Origin: a plasmid
Sequence record: NZ_CP024426.1
Reading direction: 5' to 3' (one strand)
DNA: 64,000 bases
Shown piece by piece: positions 1 to 9,534 of the stretch (its first letter is position 1; every line of letters begins with the position of its first letter). The notes under the pieces are model-generated. The model worked only from the letters and a program-made list of their open reading frames with translations, did no database searches and was not told the origin of the DNA. A program made the translations under genes and the position numbers.

Positions 1-637
1 CGGCGCCGCCCGCGCGGTGATGGAGACGCGGGCCATGCGCGACCCGCAAGCCCCCCTGCGCGTGCTGTTCATGGGCCGGCTGGACCCGCAAAAGGGCGTG
101 CACCGGCTGTCGTCGATCTATCACGCGCTGGCGCTGCGCGCGCCCCGGATCAACCTGACGATCGCCGGCGGCTCGGTCGTGGACGCGGCCCGGGCCGAGT
201 TCTCGTTCCCGCGCCAGACGCGGATGCTGGGCCCGGTGCGCGGGCAGGAATCGCTGACCCTGCTGCTGGCCGACGCGGATGTCATGGTGCTGCCGTCGCA
301 TTACGAGGGGCTGCCCCTGTCGGTGCTTGAGGCGCAGCGCTGCGGCGTGGTGGTTCTGGCGACCGAGGTGGGCGCCATGGAGGAGGCGATCCAGCACGGC
401 AGCACAGGCTTCATCTTGCCCGAGGCCGGCTGCGAGGACAGTTTCGTCGACATGATCCTGACGCTCGACAGCGACCGCGCGCTGCTGGCGCAGGTGTCGC
501 AGAACGCCGCCCGCATGGCGCGCGACTGGTCGCTGGCCGTCGCCCCCGTGCTGGCCTGGCTGAAGCGACGCGAGGGGCCCGGGTCCCTCGGCGAAACCGG
601 GTCCGAGCAGCCCGAGGGCATCCAGGGCAGGGGGTGA
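1..637 (+). CDS. Glycosyltransferase family 4 (GT1 clan), C-terminal part; 5' end lies outside the window
   Basis: Translation carries the EGLPLSVLEAQRCG...TGFIL motif typical of the GT4 C-terminal domain. The ORF runs to the window edge. Confidence 0.6.
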   Translation, partial: GAARAVMETRAMRDPQAPLRVLFMGRLDPQKGVHRLSSIYHALALRAPRINLTIAGGSVVDAARAEFSFPRQTRMLGPVRGQESLTLLLADADVMVLPSHYEGLPLSVLEAQRCGVVVLATEVGAMEEAIQHGSTGFILPEAGCEDSFVDMILTLDSDRALLAQVSQNAARMARDWSLAVAPVLAWLKRREGPGSLGETGSEQPEGIQGRG

Positions 638-739
638 CGGACGGGCCGGCGCCCCGGCCCCGCATGCAACCTTTGGCAATTCCGCGAACAAGGACTCGCC
701 CGGCCTGGGCTTCTGGCGTAGCATGGACCGGCAACACGG

Positions 740-1156
740 ATGCCGCCCATGACCCGCCTTGTCATCACCTGCGCGACGCTTCTTGCCCTGGCCTCATGCG
801 GCACGCCGCAGGAGCGATGCGAACAGCAGGTGTCGTCGGAATATCGCCAGGTTTCGCGCCTGCTGAACGAGGTCAACCAGAACCTGGCCCGAGGCTATGC
901 CTGGGACGACGGCGCGCGCCGCAGCAACGTCAGCTTCTGCGCGGGTGGGTTCAGGAGCCGTGGCTGGGGCGGCGGCATCGGGTTTGGCTATGGCACCTGC
1001 TATGACCTGGACAGCCCGCACAGGCGGGTGCCCATCGACCCCGTCTCTGAAATGCGCAAGCGCGACGCCTTGCAACAGCGGCTGGCCGCCCTGTCCCGGC
1101 GCGGTCCGGCCACCTGCATGGCGCGCTATGGCACGGGCGCCGCGACAGGGGGATAG
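740..1156 (+). CDS. Putative lipoprotein
   Basis: N-terminal signal peptide with lipobox LLALASC|G. Gly-rich secreted region. No family recognised. Confidence 0.4.
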   Translation: MPPMTRLVITCATLLALASCGTPQERCEQQVSSEYRQVSRLLNEVNQNLARGYAWDDGARRSNVSFCAGGFRSRGWGGGIGFGYGTCYDLDSPHRRVPIDPVSEMRKRDALQQRLAALSRRGPATCMARYGTGAATGG

Positions 1157-1262
1157 GACGGCAGCCAGGCGGCCGGGCCTGTCTCGCGGCGCTGGCCTAT
1201 TGCCCGCCAAGGCCCTATCTGCTTCGGTCGGCCCGCTTGGCGACGGGCAGGAGGGTGGCCGC

Positions 1263-2123
1263 ATGAACTGGGATGATTTCAGGATCGTTTCCGCCGTCTG
1301 CAAGACCGGCTCGTTCACCCGGGCCGGGCGGCTTTTGCAGATCAACGAAACCACGGTGGGCCGCCGCATCGGCCGGCTGGAAACGGACATGGGGCTGACC
1401 CTGTTCGATGCGGTGGACGGCATGCGCCAGCCGACGCAGGCCTGCATGGCGATCCTGCGCGGCCTCAAGGACATGGAAAAGGCCGCCGACGAAATACGCC
1501 GCGTGCTGCGCGGCCACGACCTTGCGCAGCGCCGCTTTCGCCTGTCGACCATCGCGGCCATCGCTGAACACTGGCTGGCCCCGCAGTTGCCGCAGCTGCT
1601 GACCGATCTGCCCGACCTGTCGCTCAGCATCGACACGTCCGACCAGAACGTCGACATGTCCCGGTGGGAGGCCGATTTCGCCCTGCGCCTGGGCCGGCCC
1701 AAGCAGGGCTCGTTCCTGATGCGTCGGATCGGGCAGATCGACTTCGTGCTGGTGCGCCCCCGCGCGCCCGTGCCCGAGCCGCTGCTGATCGCCTATCCCG
1801 AGGCGCTGATCGAGATGCCCGAGATGGAGGCCCTGTTCCACAAGGCCGGCACTCGCAACCCGCGGCTGGAAACCTCGAGCCTGAACCTGATGCGCGAGAT
1901 CCTGTCCAGCGGCCGCGCCCTGGGCGTCCTGCCCGAGACCATGGCCGGAGGCCTGCGCGGGCGGGCCGACCTGTGCGTGACCGAAACCGGCGTTTCGCGC
2001 GATATCTGGCTGCTGTCCCAGCCTTCGCTGCGCGAGGATCCGATCGCGCGGCGGTTATCGGCATGGCTGTCGTCCCTGTTCGCGCTGCGCGAGGAATCGG
2101 CAGACCTGCTACCAAAGAACTAG
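1263..2123 (+). CDS. mauR: LysR-family transcriptional regulator, candidate MauR
   Basis: N-terminal wHTH (FRIVSAVCKTGSFTRAGRLLQINETTVGRRIGRLE) plus LysR substrate domain. Sits immediately upstream of mauF. Start chosen at the internal ATG (MNWDD) of ORF 897-2123. Confidence 0.65.
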   Translation: MNWDDFRIVSAVCKTGSFTRAGRLLQINETTVGRRIGRLETDMGLTLFDAVDGMRQPTQACMAILRGLKDMEKAADEIRRVLRGHDLAQRRFRLSTIAAIAEHWLAPQLPQLLTDLPDLSLSIDTSDQNVDMSRWEADFALRLGRPKQGSFLMRRIGQIDFVLVRPRAPVPEPLLIAYPEALIEMPEMEALFHKAGTRNPRLETSSLNLMREILSSGRALGVLPETMAGGLRGRADLCVTETGVSRDIWLLSQPSLREDPIARRLSAWLSSLFALREESADLLPKN

Positions 2124-2159
2124 TTTTCTTAGCCGTTTTTCGGGCAGTTTTTCCTGACT

Positions 2160-2174
2160 GGAAAATCGTTTTCC
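2160..2174. promoter_or_regulatory. Perfect dyad GGAAAATCGTTTTCC (T-N11-A-type LysR box) in the AT-rich mauR-mauF intergenic region
   Basis: 15-bp inverted repeat seen directly, with GTTTTC/GTTTTT repeats nearby. Lies 37 bp after the LysR stop and ~200 bp upstream of mauF. Confidence 0.4.
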
Positions 2175-2372
2175 TTCAACGTTTGCTGGCCGAACGCGTG
2201 ATTCCGCTGGCAGCTGTGCGTTTTTGCAGCCCGTGGTTGCCGAAATAGGGGTTCCGAACTCAAGGCGGCGGACGCACTGTCACATCACTGTAAGGAGTGC
2301 CTTTTCGACGGAATATCAATTCCATCGCGACGGGCAGGCCTTCGAAGGGTCCCGAACGAGAGGAGGCGTGAG

Positions 2373-3197
2373 GTGACTTGGATTTCGCAGGACGAGGTTG
2401 CTGGCGTGCAGGATTGCACGGTTTTCCCCGACAGCTATTCGCGGGTCAGCCGTGCCTTTGTTTTGGGCAGCAGCCTGATTGTGGGGGGCGCGGGCGGCTT
2501 GGTCCTCAGGGGCCTGCCGGACCTCGCCGCAGGATTGTGGGGCGTGATCGGCGTTGCGGCCTTTGCGGGTGGGTTGCTGTCGACCTGGTCGCCGTGTGGC
2601 TATTCCTCGATCTCGCTGCTCAGGCCGACCGGCAGGGGGCTGCGGGCGCTGCGGGACTGGATGCCGACCTTTGCCGCGCATGGCGCGGGCTATGCGGTGG
2701 GGGCGCTGGCGCTCGGGGCGCTTCTGGGCGGCATCGGGGCCCTGCTGGGGTTCTCGGGCCTGGCCACGGGCCCGGGCCTTGCGGTTCTGGCGCTGATCGG
2801 GCTGGTCTATGGTGCCCATCAGCTGGATTTCCTGCGTGTGCCCTATCCGCAGCGCCGGGCGCAGGTGCCCCATGACGCGCGCCAGCGGTTCCCGAAATGG
2901 GTCGTGGGCGGGCTTTACGGGCTGTCGCTGGGGCTGGATTACCTGACCTATGTGCAGACGCCGCTGCTGTATCTGGCGACCGCCGCCGCCATCCTGACCG
3001 GGAATTTCGCCGAGGCCATCGCCATCGTCGCCATCTTCAACCTGGGACGCTTCCTGCCGGTCGCGGTGAACCTGTTCCCGGTGACCGATTATGCGATCCA
3101 GGCCTGGCTTGGCCGGCACCAGGAACGCGCGGCAATCTGCGACGGCGCGATCCTGACGGCGCTGGGGGCGGGCTTTGCCGTCCTCGCGCTGGCCTGA
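2373..3197 (+). CDS. mauF: Methylamine utilisation membrane protein MauF
   Basis: Polytopic Gly/Ala-rich membrane protein in the canonical position before mauB. GTG start preceded by GAGGAGG. Confidence 0.75.
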   Translation: MTWISQDEVAGVQDCTVFPDSYSRVSRAFVLGSSLIVGGAGGLVLRGLPDLAAGLWGVIGVAAFAGGLLSTWSPCGYSSISLLRPTGRGLRALRDWMPTFAAHGAGYAVGALALGALLGGIGALLGFSGLATGPGLAVLALIGLVYGAHQLDFLRVPYPQRRAQVPHDARQRFPKWVVGGLYGLSLGLDYLTYVQTPLLYLATAAAILTGNFAEAIAIVAIFNLGRFLPVAVNLFPVTDYAIQAWLGRHQERAAICDGAILTALGAGFAVLALA

Positions 3198-3281
3198 CGC
3201 CGGCCTCCCTTTCCCGACCCTTTTCATGCTCGGCCCCCGACCTGTCGCCGGGGCCCGGGGAGCCATCACACGGAGGAAACC

Positions 3282-4511
3282 ATGGCTTCTAGCAGCAGAC
3301 CCATCCCCGGATACCTGACCTTTCTAGGCACGGTCGCCATGGCCTCGGGCCTTGCGCTTGGCGCGGCCGCGGCGCAGGACGCCCAGACCGATGGCCAGCG
3401 CGCCGCCGCCGAGGCCGCGCGCCTGCTGGCCGAGGGCCAGGCCGACGAGCCGGTGGTGCTGAACGCGCCCAAGCCCGACGCCCGCCGCGTCTATGTCCAA
3501 GACCCGGCGCATTTCGCCGCGATCACCCAGCAATTCGCCATCGACGGCGAAACCGGCCGCGTGGTCGGCATCACGGACGGCGGCTTCCTGCCCCAGCCCC
3601 TGGTCGCGGACGACGGTTCGTTCATCGCCCAGGCCAGCACGGTCTTTTCGCGCATCGCGCGCGGCACCCGCACCGATTACGTCGAGGTCTTCGACCCCGA
3701 GACCTTCGAGCCGACGGCGGATATCGAACTGCCCAAGGATGCGCGCTTCCTGATCGGGACCTATCAGTGGATGAACGCGCTGACGCCGGACAAGAAGAAG
3801 CTGCTGTTCTATCAGTTCTCGCCCGCGCCGGCGGTCGGCATCGTCGATCTGGAAGGCAAGAAGTTCGACCGCATGGTCGATGTGCCGGACTGCTATCACA
3901 TCTTCCCGGCCTCGCCGACGGTGTTCTACATGAACTGCCGCGACGGCAGCCTGGCGCGCGTGGACATCGCCGAGACCGAGCCCAAGATCACCAACACCGA
4001 GGTCTTCCACGCCGAGGACGAGCTGCTGATCAACCATCCCGCCTATTCGATGCGGGCCGGGCGGCTGGTCTGGCCGACCTATACCGGCAAGATCTTCCAG
4101 ATCGACCTGACCGAGGAAAAGGCCACGTTCCGCGAGCCCATCGAGGCCCTGACCGAGGCCGAGCGCGCCGACAACTGGCGTCCCGGCGGCTGGCAGCAGA
4201 CCGCCTATCACCGCGCCTCGGACCGCATCTTCCTGCTGGTCGACCAACGCGACCAGTGGCGCCACAAGACGGCCAGCCGGTTCGTGGTGGTCCTCGATGC
4301 GGCCACGGGCGAGCGCATCAGCAAGATCGAACTGGGCCACGAGATCGACTCGATCAATGTCAGCCAGGATGCCGAGCCGCTGCTTTACGCCCTGTCCGCC
4401 GGCACGCAGACGCTGCACATCTTCGACGCCGGCACGGGCAAGGAGCTGCGCAAGGTCACGCATCTGGGCCGCGGCCCGCAGATCCTGACCACCCATGACA
4501 TGGGGTCCTGA
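3282..4511 (+). CDS. mauB: Methylamine dehydrogenase heavy (large) subunit MauB
   Basis: 409 aa with signal peptide and beta-propeller-like sequence matching the MADH large subunit. Cluster context. Confidence 0.9.
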   Translation: MASSSRPIPGYLTFLGTVAMASGLALGAAAAQDAQTDGQRAAAEAARLLAEGQADEPVVLNAPKPDARRVYVQDPAHFAAITQQFAIDGETGRVVGITDGGFLPQPLVADDGSFIAQASTVFSRIARGTRTDYVEVFDPETFEPTADIELPKDARFLIGTYQWMNALTPDKKKLLFYQFSPAPAVGIVDLEGKKFDRMVDVPDCYHIFPASPTVFYMNCRDGSLARVDIAETEPKITNTEVFHAEDELLINHPAYSMRAGRLVWPTYTGKIFQIDLTEEKATFREPIEALTEAERADNWRPGGWQQTAYHRASDRIFLLVDQRDQWRHKTASRFVVVLDAATGERISKIELGHEIDSINVSQDAEPLLYALSAGTQTLHIFDAGTGKELRKVTHLGRGPQILTTHDMGS

Positions 4512-4512
4512 G

Positions 4513-5076
4513 ATGCTGTCCGCCATCCTGCACGAACCTCTGGTCGTCTGGACGCTGCGCAGCTTTCTGGCCGCGCTGTTCCTGACCGCCGCGCTGTCGA
4601 AGCTGACCGCCATCGACGAATTCCACGGCGTGGTGCGCAATTTCCGCCTGCTGCCCGACGGTCTGGCGCGGCCGGTCGCGATGGTGCTGCCGGTGGTCGA
4701 GATGGCCATCGCCGCCGGGTTGCTGATCCAGCCGCTGGCCCGCGCGGCCTCGCTGTCGGCGGCGGCGCTGCTGGCCGTCTTTGGCATGGCCATCGTAGTC
4801 AACGTGCTGCGCGGCCGGACCCAGATCGATTGCGGCTGTTTCCGCAACGGGATGAAGCAGCGCATCGGCTGGGCGACGGTCGCGCGCAACGGCGTCCTGA
4901 CGGCGCTGGCGCTTGGCGCGGGCGCGCTGCTGGCGCAGGGCCGGGCCGCCTCGGCGGGCGACATCGCCACCGGCCTTGCCGCCGGGCTGACGCTGACGCT
5001 GCTTTACATGGGCGCTGAAATGCTTGGCGGGTTCGTCGCCATGAACAACCGGGCTTCTTCCACGAAAGGCCGCTGA
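4513..5076 (+). CDS. mauE: Methylamine utilisation protein MauE (membrane)
   Basis: Hydrophobic ~187 aa protein between mauB and mauD. An alternative start at 4495 would overlap mauB. Confidence 0.8.
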   Translation: MLSAILHEPLVVWTLRSFLAALFLTAALSKLTAIDEFHGVVRNFRLLPDGLARPVAMVLPVVEMAIAAGLLIQPLARAASLSAAALLAVFGMAIVVNVLRGRTQIDCGCFRNGMKQRIGWATVARNGVLTALALGAGALLAQGRAASAGDIATGLAAGLTLTLLYMGAEMLGGFVAMNNRASSTKGR

Positions 5077-5077
5077 C

Positions 5078-5677
5078 ATGACTTATCTTATCGCTTCCAA
5101 CATCGTGCTGTGGATCGCCGTCCTGGGCCTGACCGTGGTCATGCTGGGCCTGATGCGCCAGGTCGGGCTGCTGCACGAACGCTCGTCCCCCATGGGCGCG
5201 ATGATCACCGATCACGGCCCCGACATCGGCGACAAGGCGCCCGAGTTCGAGCTGCCCGACTATTTCGGGCGCAGCGCGCAGCTTGGCGGCGTCGCGGCCG
5301 ACGGCCGCCCGACGCTGGTGATGTTCACGGCCCCGACCTGCCCGGTCTGCGACAAGCTGTTTCCGATCATCAAGTCCATCGCGCGGGCCGAGAACATCGG
5401 CGTCATCATGGTCAGCGACGGCGCCCCCGAGGAACACGCCCGCTTTCTGGAAAGCCATGAGCTGGGCCAGATCCGCTATGTCGTCTCGGCCGAGATCGGC
5501 ATGGCCTTCCAGGTCGGCAAGATCCCCTATGGCGTGCTGCTGGACGGCCAGGGCGTGATCCGCGCCAAGGGGCTGACCAACACGCGCGAGCATCTGGAAA
5601 GCCTGCTCGAGGCCGACAAGACCGGCTTCGCCTCGCTTCAGCAGTTCATGACCAGCCGCAGGAAGACCGCGGCCTGA
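5078..5677 (+). CDS. mauD: Methylamine utilisation protein MauD (thioredoxin-like, CPVC)
   Basis: N-terminal TM segment, CPVC redox motif, cluster position. Confidence 0.85.
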   Translation: MTYLIASNIVLWIAVLGLTVVMLGLMRQVGLLHERSSPMGAMITDHGPDIGDKAPEFELPDYFGRSAQLGGVAADGRPTLVMFTAPTCPVCDKLFPIIKSIARAENIGVIMVSDGAPEEHARFLESHELGQIRYVVSAEIGMAFQVGKIPYGVLLDGQGVIRAKGLTNTREHLESLLEADKTGFASLQQFMTSRRKTAA

Positions 5678-5719
5678 CCCGGCCTTCCGGCCCCAACCCA
5701 TGCAGAGGGAGGATAAACG

Positions 5720-6286
5720 ATGCTGGGAAATTTCGGTTTCGACACCCTGGTCGAAAAGATGTCGCGCCGCGTGGCGGGACGCACCAGCCGCCGCGGCGCC
5801 CTGGGCCGGCTCGGCACGGTGCTGGCGGGCGTCGCGCTGGTGCCGCTGCTGCCGGTGGACCGCCGCGGCCGCGTCAGCCGCGCCAATGCGGCGACCCCCG
5901 CCGCGGGCACGGACCCGCGCGCCAAGTTCGTGCCGCAGGACACCGACATCCAGTCCTGCGACTACTGGCGGCACTGTTCCATCGACGGCAACATCTGCGA
6001 CTGCTCGGGCGGGTCGCTGACGAACTGCCCGCCGGGCACCAAGCTCGCCTCGGCGTCCTGGGTCGCCAGCTGCTACAACCCGACCGACGGGCAAAGCTAT
6101 CTGATCGCCTATCGCGACTGCTGCGGGCAGAACGTCTCGGGCCGCTGCGCCTGCCTGAACACCGAAGGCGAGTTGCCGGTCTATCGGCCCGAATTCGCCA
6201 ACGACATCATCTGGTGCTTTGGCGCCGAGGATGACGCCATGACCTATCACTGCACCATTTCCCCCATCGTCGGCAAAGCCAGCTGA
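5720..6286 (+). CDS. mauA: Methylamine dehydrogenase light (small) subunit MauA (TTQ-bearing)
   Basis: Tat-type leader (RRGALGRLG), Cys-rich small-subunit sequence (CDYWRHCSIDGNICDC...) typical of the MADH light chain. Confidence 0.9.
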   Translation: MLGNFGFDTLVEKMSRRVAGRTSRRGALGRLGTVLAGVALVPLLPVDRRGRVSRANAATPAAGTDPRAKFVPQDTDIQSCDYWRHCSIDGNICDCSGGSLTNCPPGTKLASASWVASCYNPTDGQSYLIAYRDCCGQNVSGRCACLNTEGELPVYRPEFANDIIWCFGAEDDAMTYHCTISPIVGKAS

Positions 6287-6342
6287 CGCCGGACCGGGCG
6301 CGGCACGTCCCGCGTCCGGGCCCACCCCGACAGGAGCATTCG

Positions 6343-6741
6343 ATGAACGTCCCCATGAAACCCCGGTCCCTTCTTGCCGCCCTGCTGATCGGCGCGCTGA
6401 CCGCGACCGGCGCCCTGGCCGCCGACAAGATCACGGTGCCGAACGAAAAGCCGGTGGCCGAGGCCGAGGCGCCCCCGGCCGCCGTGGTCGTCCATATCGA
6501 CAAGATGAAATACGACGCGCCCGAAGTGACGGTGAAGGCGGGCGACACCGTCGTCTGGGTGAACCAGGAAGCCATGCCCCACAACGTCGCCTTCAAGAAG
6601 GGCGTGGTGGGCGAGGACGCCTTCAAGGGCGCGATGCTGAAGAAGGGCGAGGCCTATGCCATCACCTTCGACGCGGCCGGAACCTATGACTATACCTGCA
6701 CGCCCCACCCGTTCATGCGCGGCAAGGTGATCGTCGAATAA
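6343..6741 (+). CDS. mauC: Amicyanin (type 1 blue copper protein)
   Basis: Strong similarity to amicyanin: KMKYDAPEVTVKAGDTVVWVNQEAMPHNVAF ... GTYDYTCTPHPFMRGKVIVE (Cu ligands H, C, H, M). Confidence 0.9.
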   Translation: MNVPMKPRSLLAALLIGALTATGALAADKITVPNEKPVAEAEAPPAAVVVHIDKMKYDAPEVTVKAGDTVVWVNQEAMPHNVAFKKGVVGEDAFKGAMLKKGEAYAITFDAAGTYDYTCTPHPFMRGKVIVE

Positions 6742-6763
6742 CCCCGCGCGCAAGGAGCCGACG

Positions 6764-7651
6764 ATGTGGATCCCCTATGACATCCGCGCCTCGCTCAAGG
6801 CCGACAGCCCGCCCGAGGCGATCCGGCAGTCGCTGGCCGACGCCGAGCCGCGCGAATTCCTGGTGGGCTTTTTCCTGCGCAACCCCGTGACCCAGGCGTG
6901 GGAGGCCGACATTGCCGTGGAGGGCGCCCCGGCCGAGATGGCAGCGGGCCCCGACCTGCCCGGCGCCCGGATCAGCTTTCACGGCAACGATGTGGGCAAG
7001 CTCTCCGAGGTGATCTATCGGCTGGACGCGACCGCGCACGACCAGGCGCTGGCCCAGGCTCATGCTGACATGCAGCGCCGGATGCTGCGCTGGCTGGTCC
7101 AGATCGGCCGGGGCCTGGCCCTGGCCGGCTGGCGCATCGCCGATCCGGCGCATGGCGCGCGCTGGCGCTGCACGCCGTTCCGCCCCAGCGCGATGCGCGC
7201 CGACCATATCCCGCTGGACCCGATGCCGCCCGATCTTGCGCCCCTGGCCGAACTGTTCCAGCGCGCCCGCAATGCGCCCGATGCCGCAAGCCGGCTGCTG
7301 GCGGCCTTTGCGCTGCTGCACGCGGCGCGGGACCATCCGGCCCTGGCGCGGGCGGACGTCCCCGCGTTCCGCGTGACCCAGGACATGCTGATCCATTCCG
7401 GCGCGATCGCCTGCCCCGAACCGCTCGAGGGTCTGGACCTGGGCCAGCTGATCGCCCATCTGCGCCCCCATCACGACCGGCTGGTCGGGCCCGGCGGGAT
7501 CCTCGCGCCGGTGCTGGACGACCTTGCGGGGCAGCGGCGGCTGGCGCAGCTGGCGAACCTGGCCGACCTGGCGGCCCACCGCCTGATCCTGGCCGAGCTG
7601 CGCGCCCGGCAGGGCGCCGCTGCGGACGCGGCCCTGCGCGCCGGGGCCTGA
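6764..7651 (+). CDS. mauJ: Methylamine utilisation protein MauJ
   Basis: ~295 aa cytoplasmic protein in the canonical position between mauC and mauG. Confidence 0.65.
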   Translation: MWIPYDIRASLKADSPPEAIRQSLADAEPREFLVGFFLRNPVTQAWEADIAVEGAPAEMAAGPDLPGARISFHGNDVGKLSEVIYRLDATAHDQALAQAHADMQRRMLRWLVQIGRGLALAGWRIADPAHGARWRCTPFRPSAMRADHIPLDPMPPDLAPLAELFQRARNAPDAASRLLAAFALLHAARDHPALARADVPAFRVTQDMLIHSGAIACPEPLEGLDLGQLIAHLRPHHDRLVGPGGILAPVLDDLAGQRRLAQLANLADLAAHRLILAELRARQGAAADAALRAGA

Positions 7652-7654
7652 GCC

Positions 7655-8842
7655 GTGACCGGCCGTCTTCCCTCTCGCCTGCTGGTTCTGGCCATTCCCC
7701 TGGCCGGGGCGGTTCTGGTCGGCGCGGCGGCCGGCCGGCAGCCCGCACCGCCCGCGCCGGGCGATCTGGCCGCGCTGGGGCAGCGGCTGTTTCACGACAC
7801 TGCCCTGTCGCGGACGGGCACGCAATCCTGCGCCACCTGCCACGACCCCGAACACGCCTTCACCGACCCCCGCGAAGGGGCGGCGGGACGGGCGGTATCC
7901 TTGGGCGACGACGGCGTTTCCTATGGCGACCGCAACACGCCGACCCTGTCCTATGCCGCGCTGAGCCCGGACTTTCACCGCGACGACAAGGGCCGCTACA
8001 AGGGCGGCCAGTTCTGGGACGGCCGTGCCGACGATCTGGCCGACCAGGCCGGGCAGCCGATGCTGAACCCGGTCGAGATGGGCATGCCCGACAAGGCCGC
8101 CGTGGTCGAGCGGCTGCGCGCCGATCCCGGCTATGCCCAGGATTTCGCGGTGCTGTTCGGCCCCCAGGCGCTTGGCGACGTGGACCGCGCCTTCGACCAT
8201 GCGGCCGAGGCCCTGGCCGCCTATCAGCGCACCGAAACCTTCATGCCCTTCGATTCCCGCTATGACCGCTTCCTGCGCGGCGAAGAGGAACTGACCGCGC
8301 AGGAACGCTTCGGCCACACCGTCTTCATCACCTGGAACTGCCGCCTGTGCCACCAGCTGCAAAAGCAGGGCATCGTCGAACGCGAGACCTTCACCAGCTT
8401 CGAATACCACAACATCGGCGTGCCGGTGAACCGGGCGGCGCGGGACGCGAACGGCCTTGGCCCGGACCATCTGGACCTGGGCCTGCTGGACCGACCCGGG
8501 ATCGACGACCCCGCCCAGGCGGGGCGGATGAAGGTGCCGACCCTGCGCAACGTGGCCGTGACCGGGCCCTATATGCACAACGGCGTCTTTTCCGACCTGC
8601 GCACGGCGGTTCTGTTCTACAACAAATACACCAGCCGGCGCCCCGGGTCGCAGATCAACCCCGAGACCGGCGAGGACTGGGGTCCGGCCGAGATCGACCG
8701 GAACCTGTCGCTGACCGAGTTGCAATCGGGGCTGATGCTGGACGATGCGCGCGTCGATGCGCTGGTGGCCTTCCTGGAAACGCTGACCGACCGCCGCTAC
8801 GAGCCGCTGCTGGCCGAGCGCAAACGCGACACCGCGGACTAG
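7655..8842 (+). CDS. mauG: Di-haem cytochrome c peroxidase-like MauG (TTQ biogenesis)
   Basis: Two CxxCH haem motifs (CATCH, CRLCH), signal peptide, CCP/MauG family architecture. Confidence 0.9.
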   Translation: MTGRLPSRLLVLAIPLAGAVLVGAAAGRQPAPPAPGDLAALGQRLFHDTALSRTGTQSCATCHDPEHAFTDPREGAAGRAVSLGDDGVSYGDRNTPTLSYAALSPDFHRDDKGRYKGGQFWDGRADDLADQAGQPMLNPVEMGMPDKAAVVERLRADPGYAQDFAVLFGPQALGDVDRAFDHAAEALAAYQRTETFMPFDSRYDRFLRGEEELTAQERFGHTVFITWNCRLCHQLQKQGIVERETFTSFEYHNIGVPVNRAARDANGLGPDHLDLGLLDRPGIDDPAQAGRMKVPTLRNVAVTGPYMHNGVFSDLRTAVLFYNKYTSRRPGSQINPETGEDWGPAEIDRNLSLTELQSGLMLDDARVDALVAFLETLTDRRYEPLLAERKRDTAD

Positions 8843-8868
8843 GCCGGGCAAAGGCAAGGGGGGACAGG

Positions 8869-9534
8869 ATGGCATCCAGCAAACGCAAGATGAGCCGCCG
8901 CACCGCCATGACCGAGATCGCGCGCGGCGCCGGCGCCGTGTGCCTGGCCGGCGTGTCCCTGGTCGCCCTGGTCGAGGCCACGGACCGCGCCGATGCCCGC
9001 GCCCTGCGCCCGCCCGGCGCCCTGCCCGAGGACGATTTCCTGGCCGCCTGCGTGCGCTGCGGTCTGTGCGTGCAGGCCTGCCCCTATCACACGCTTTCGC
9101 TGGCCGAATGGGGGCAGGAGGCCGCGGTCGGAACGCCCTTTTTCACGCCGCGCGACACGCCCTGCTACATGTGCCGCGACGTGCCTTGCGCGCGGGCCTG
9201 CCCGACCGGCGCGCTGGACCGCCAGATCCCGTCGATCCGCGATGCCGACATGGGCGTCGCGGTGCTGGTGGGGCATGAGACCTGCCTGAACTACAAGGGG
9301 ATGAACTGCAGCATCTGCGTCCGCGTCTGCCCGATCCGGGGCGATGCGATCACGCTGGAGCCGGCCGAGGTCGACGGCCGCCGCATCCTGGTGCCGACGG
9401 TCCATTCCAGCCATTGCACCGGCTGCGGCACCTGCGAAAAGCATTGCGTGACCGGCCATGCCTCGATCCGGGTGCTGCCGCGCGATCTGGGGCTGGGCGG
9501 CGACGGCCGCAACCGGGCGGGGCGGGCGACATGA
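8869..9534 (+). CDS. mauM: Ferredoxin-type 4Fe-4S protein MauM (NapG-like)
   Basis: Tat-like leader and four CxxCxxCxxxCP clusters. Internal ATG of ORF 8347-9534. Confidence 0.85.
   Translation: MASSKRKMSRRTAMTEIARGAGAVCLAGVSLVALVEATDRADARALRPPGALPEDDFLAACVRCGLCVQACPYHTLSLAEWGQEAAVGTPFFTPRDTPCYMCRDVPCARACPTGALDRQIPSIRDADMGVAVLVGHETCLNYKGMNCSICVRVCPIRGDAITLEPAEVDGRRILVPTVHSSHCTGCGTCEKHCVTGHASIRVLPRDLGLGGDGRNRAGRAT

Noticed and set aside
897-1262. N-terminal 122-codon extension of the LysR ORF (start at 897)
   Set aside because: The extension is Ala/Arg-rich, overlaps the lipoprotein gene, and lacks an HTH. The HTH begins right after the internal ATG at 1263.
3324-8875. Long minus-strand ORFs (548 aa, 508 aa, 720 aa) across the mau cluster
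   Set aside because: Antisense to well-supported mau genes. Low-complexity translations. Rejected as GC-driven open frames.
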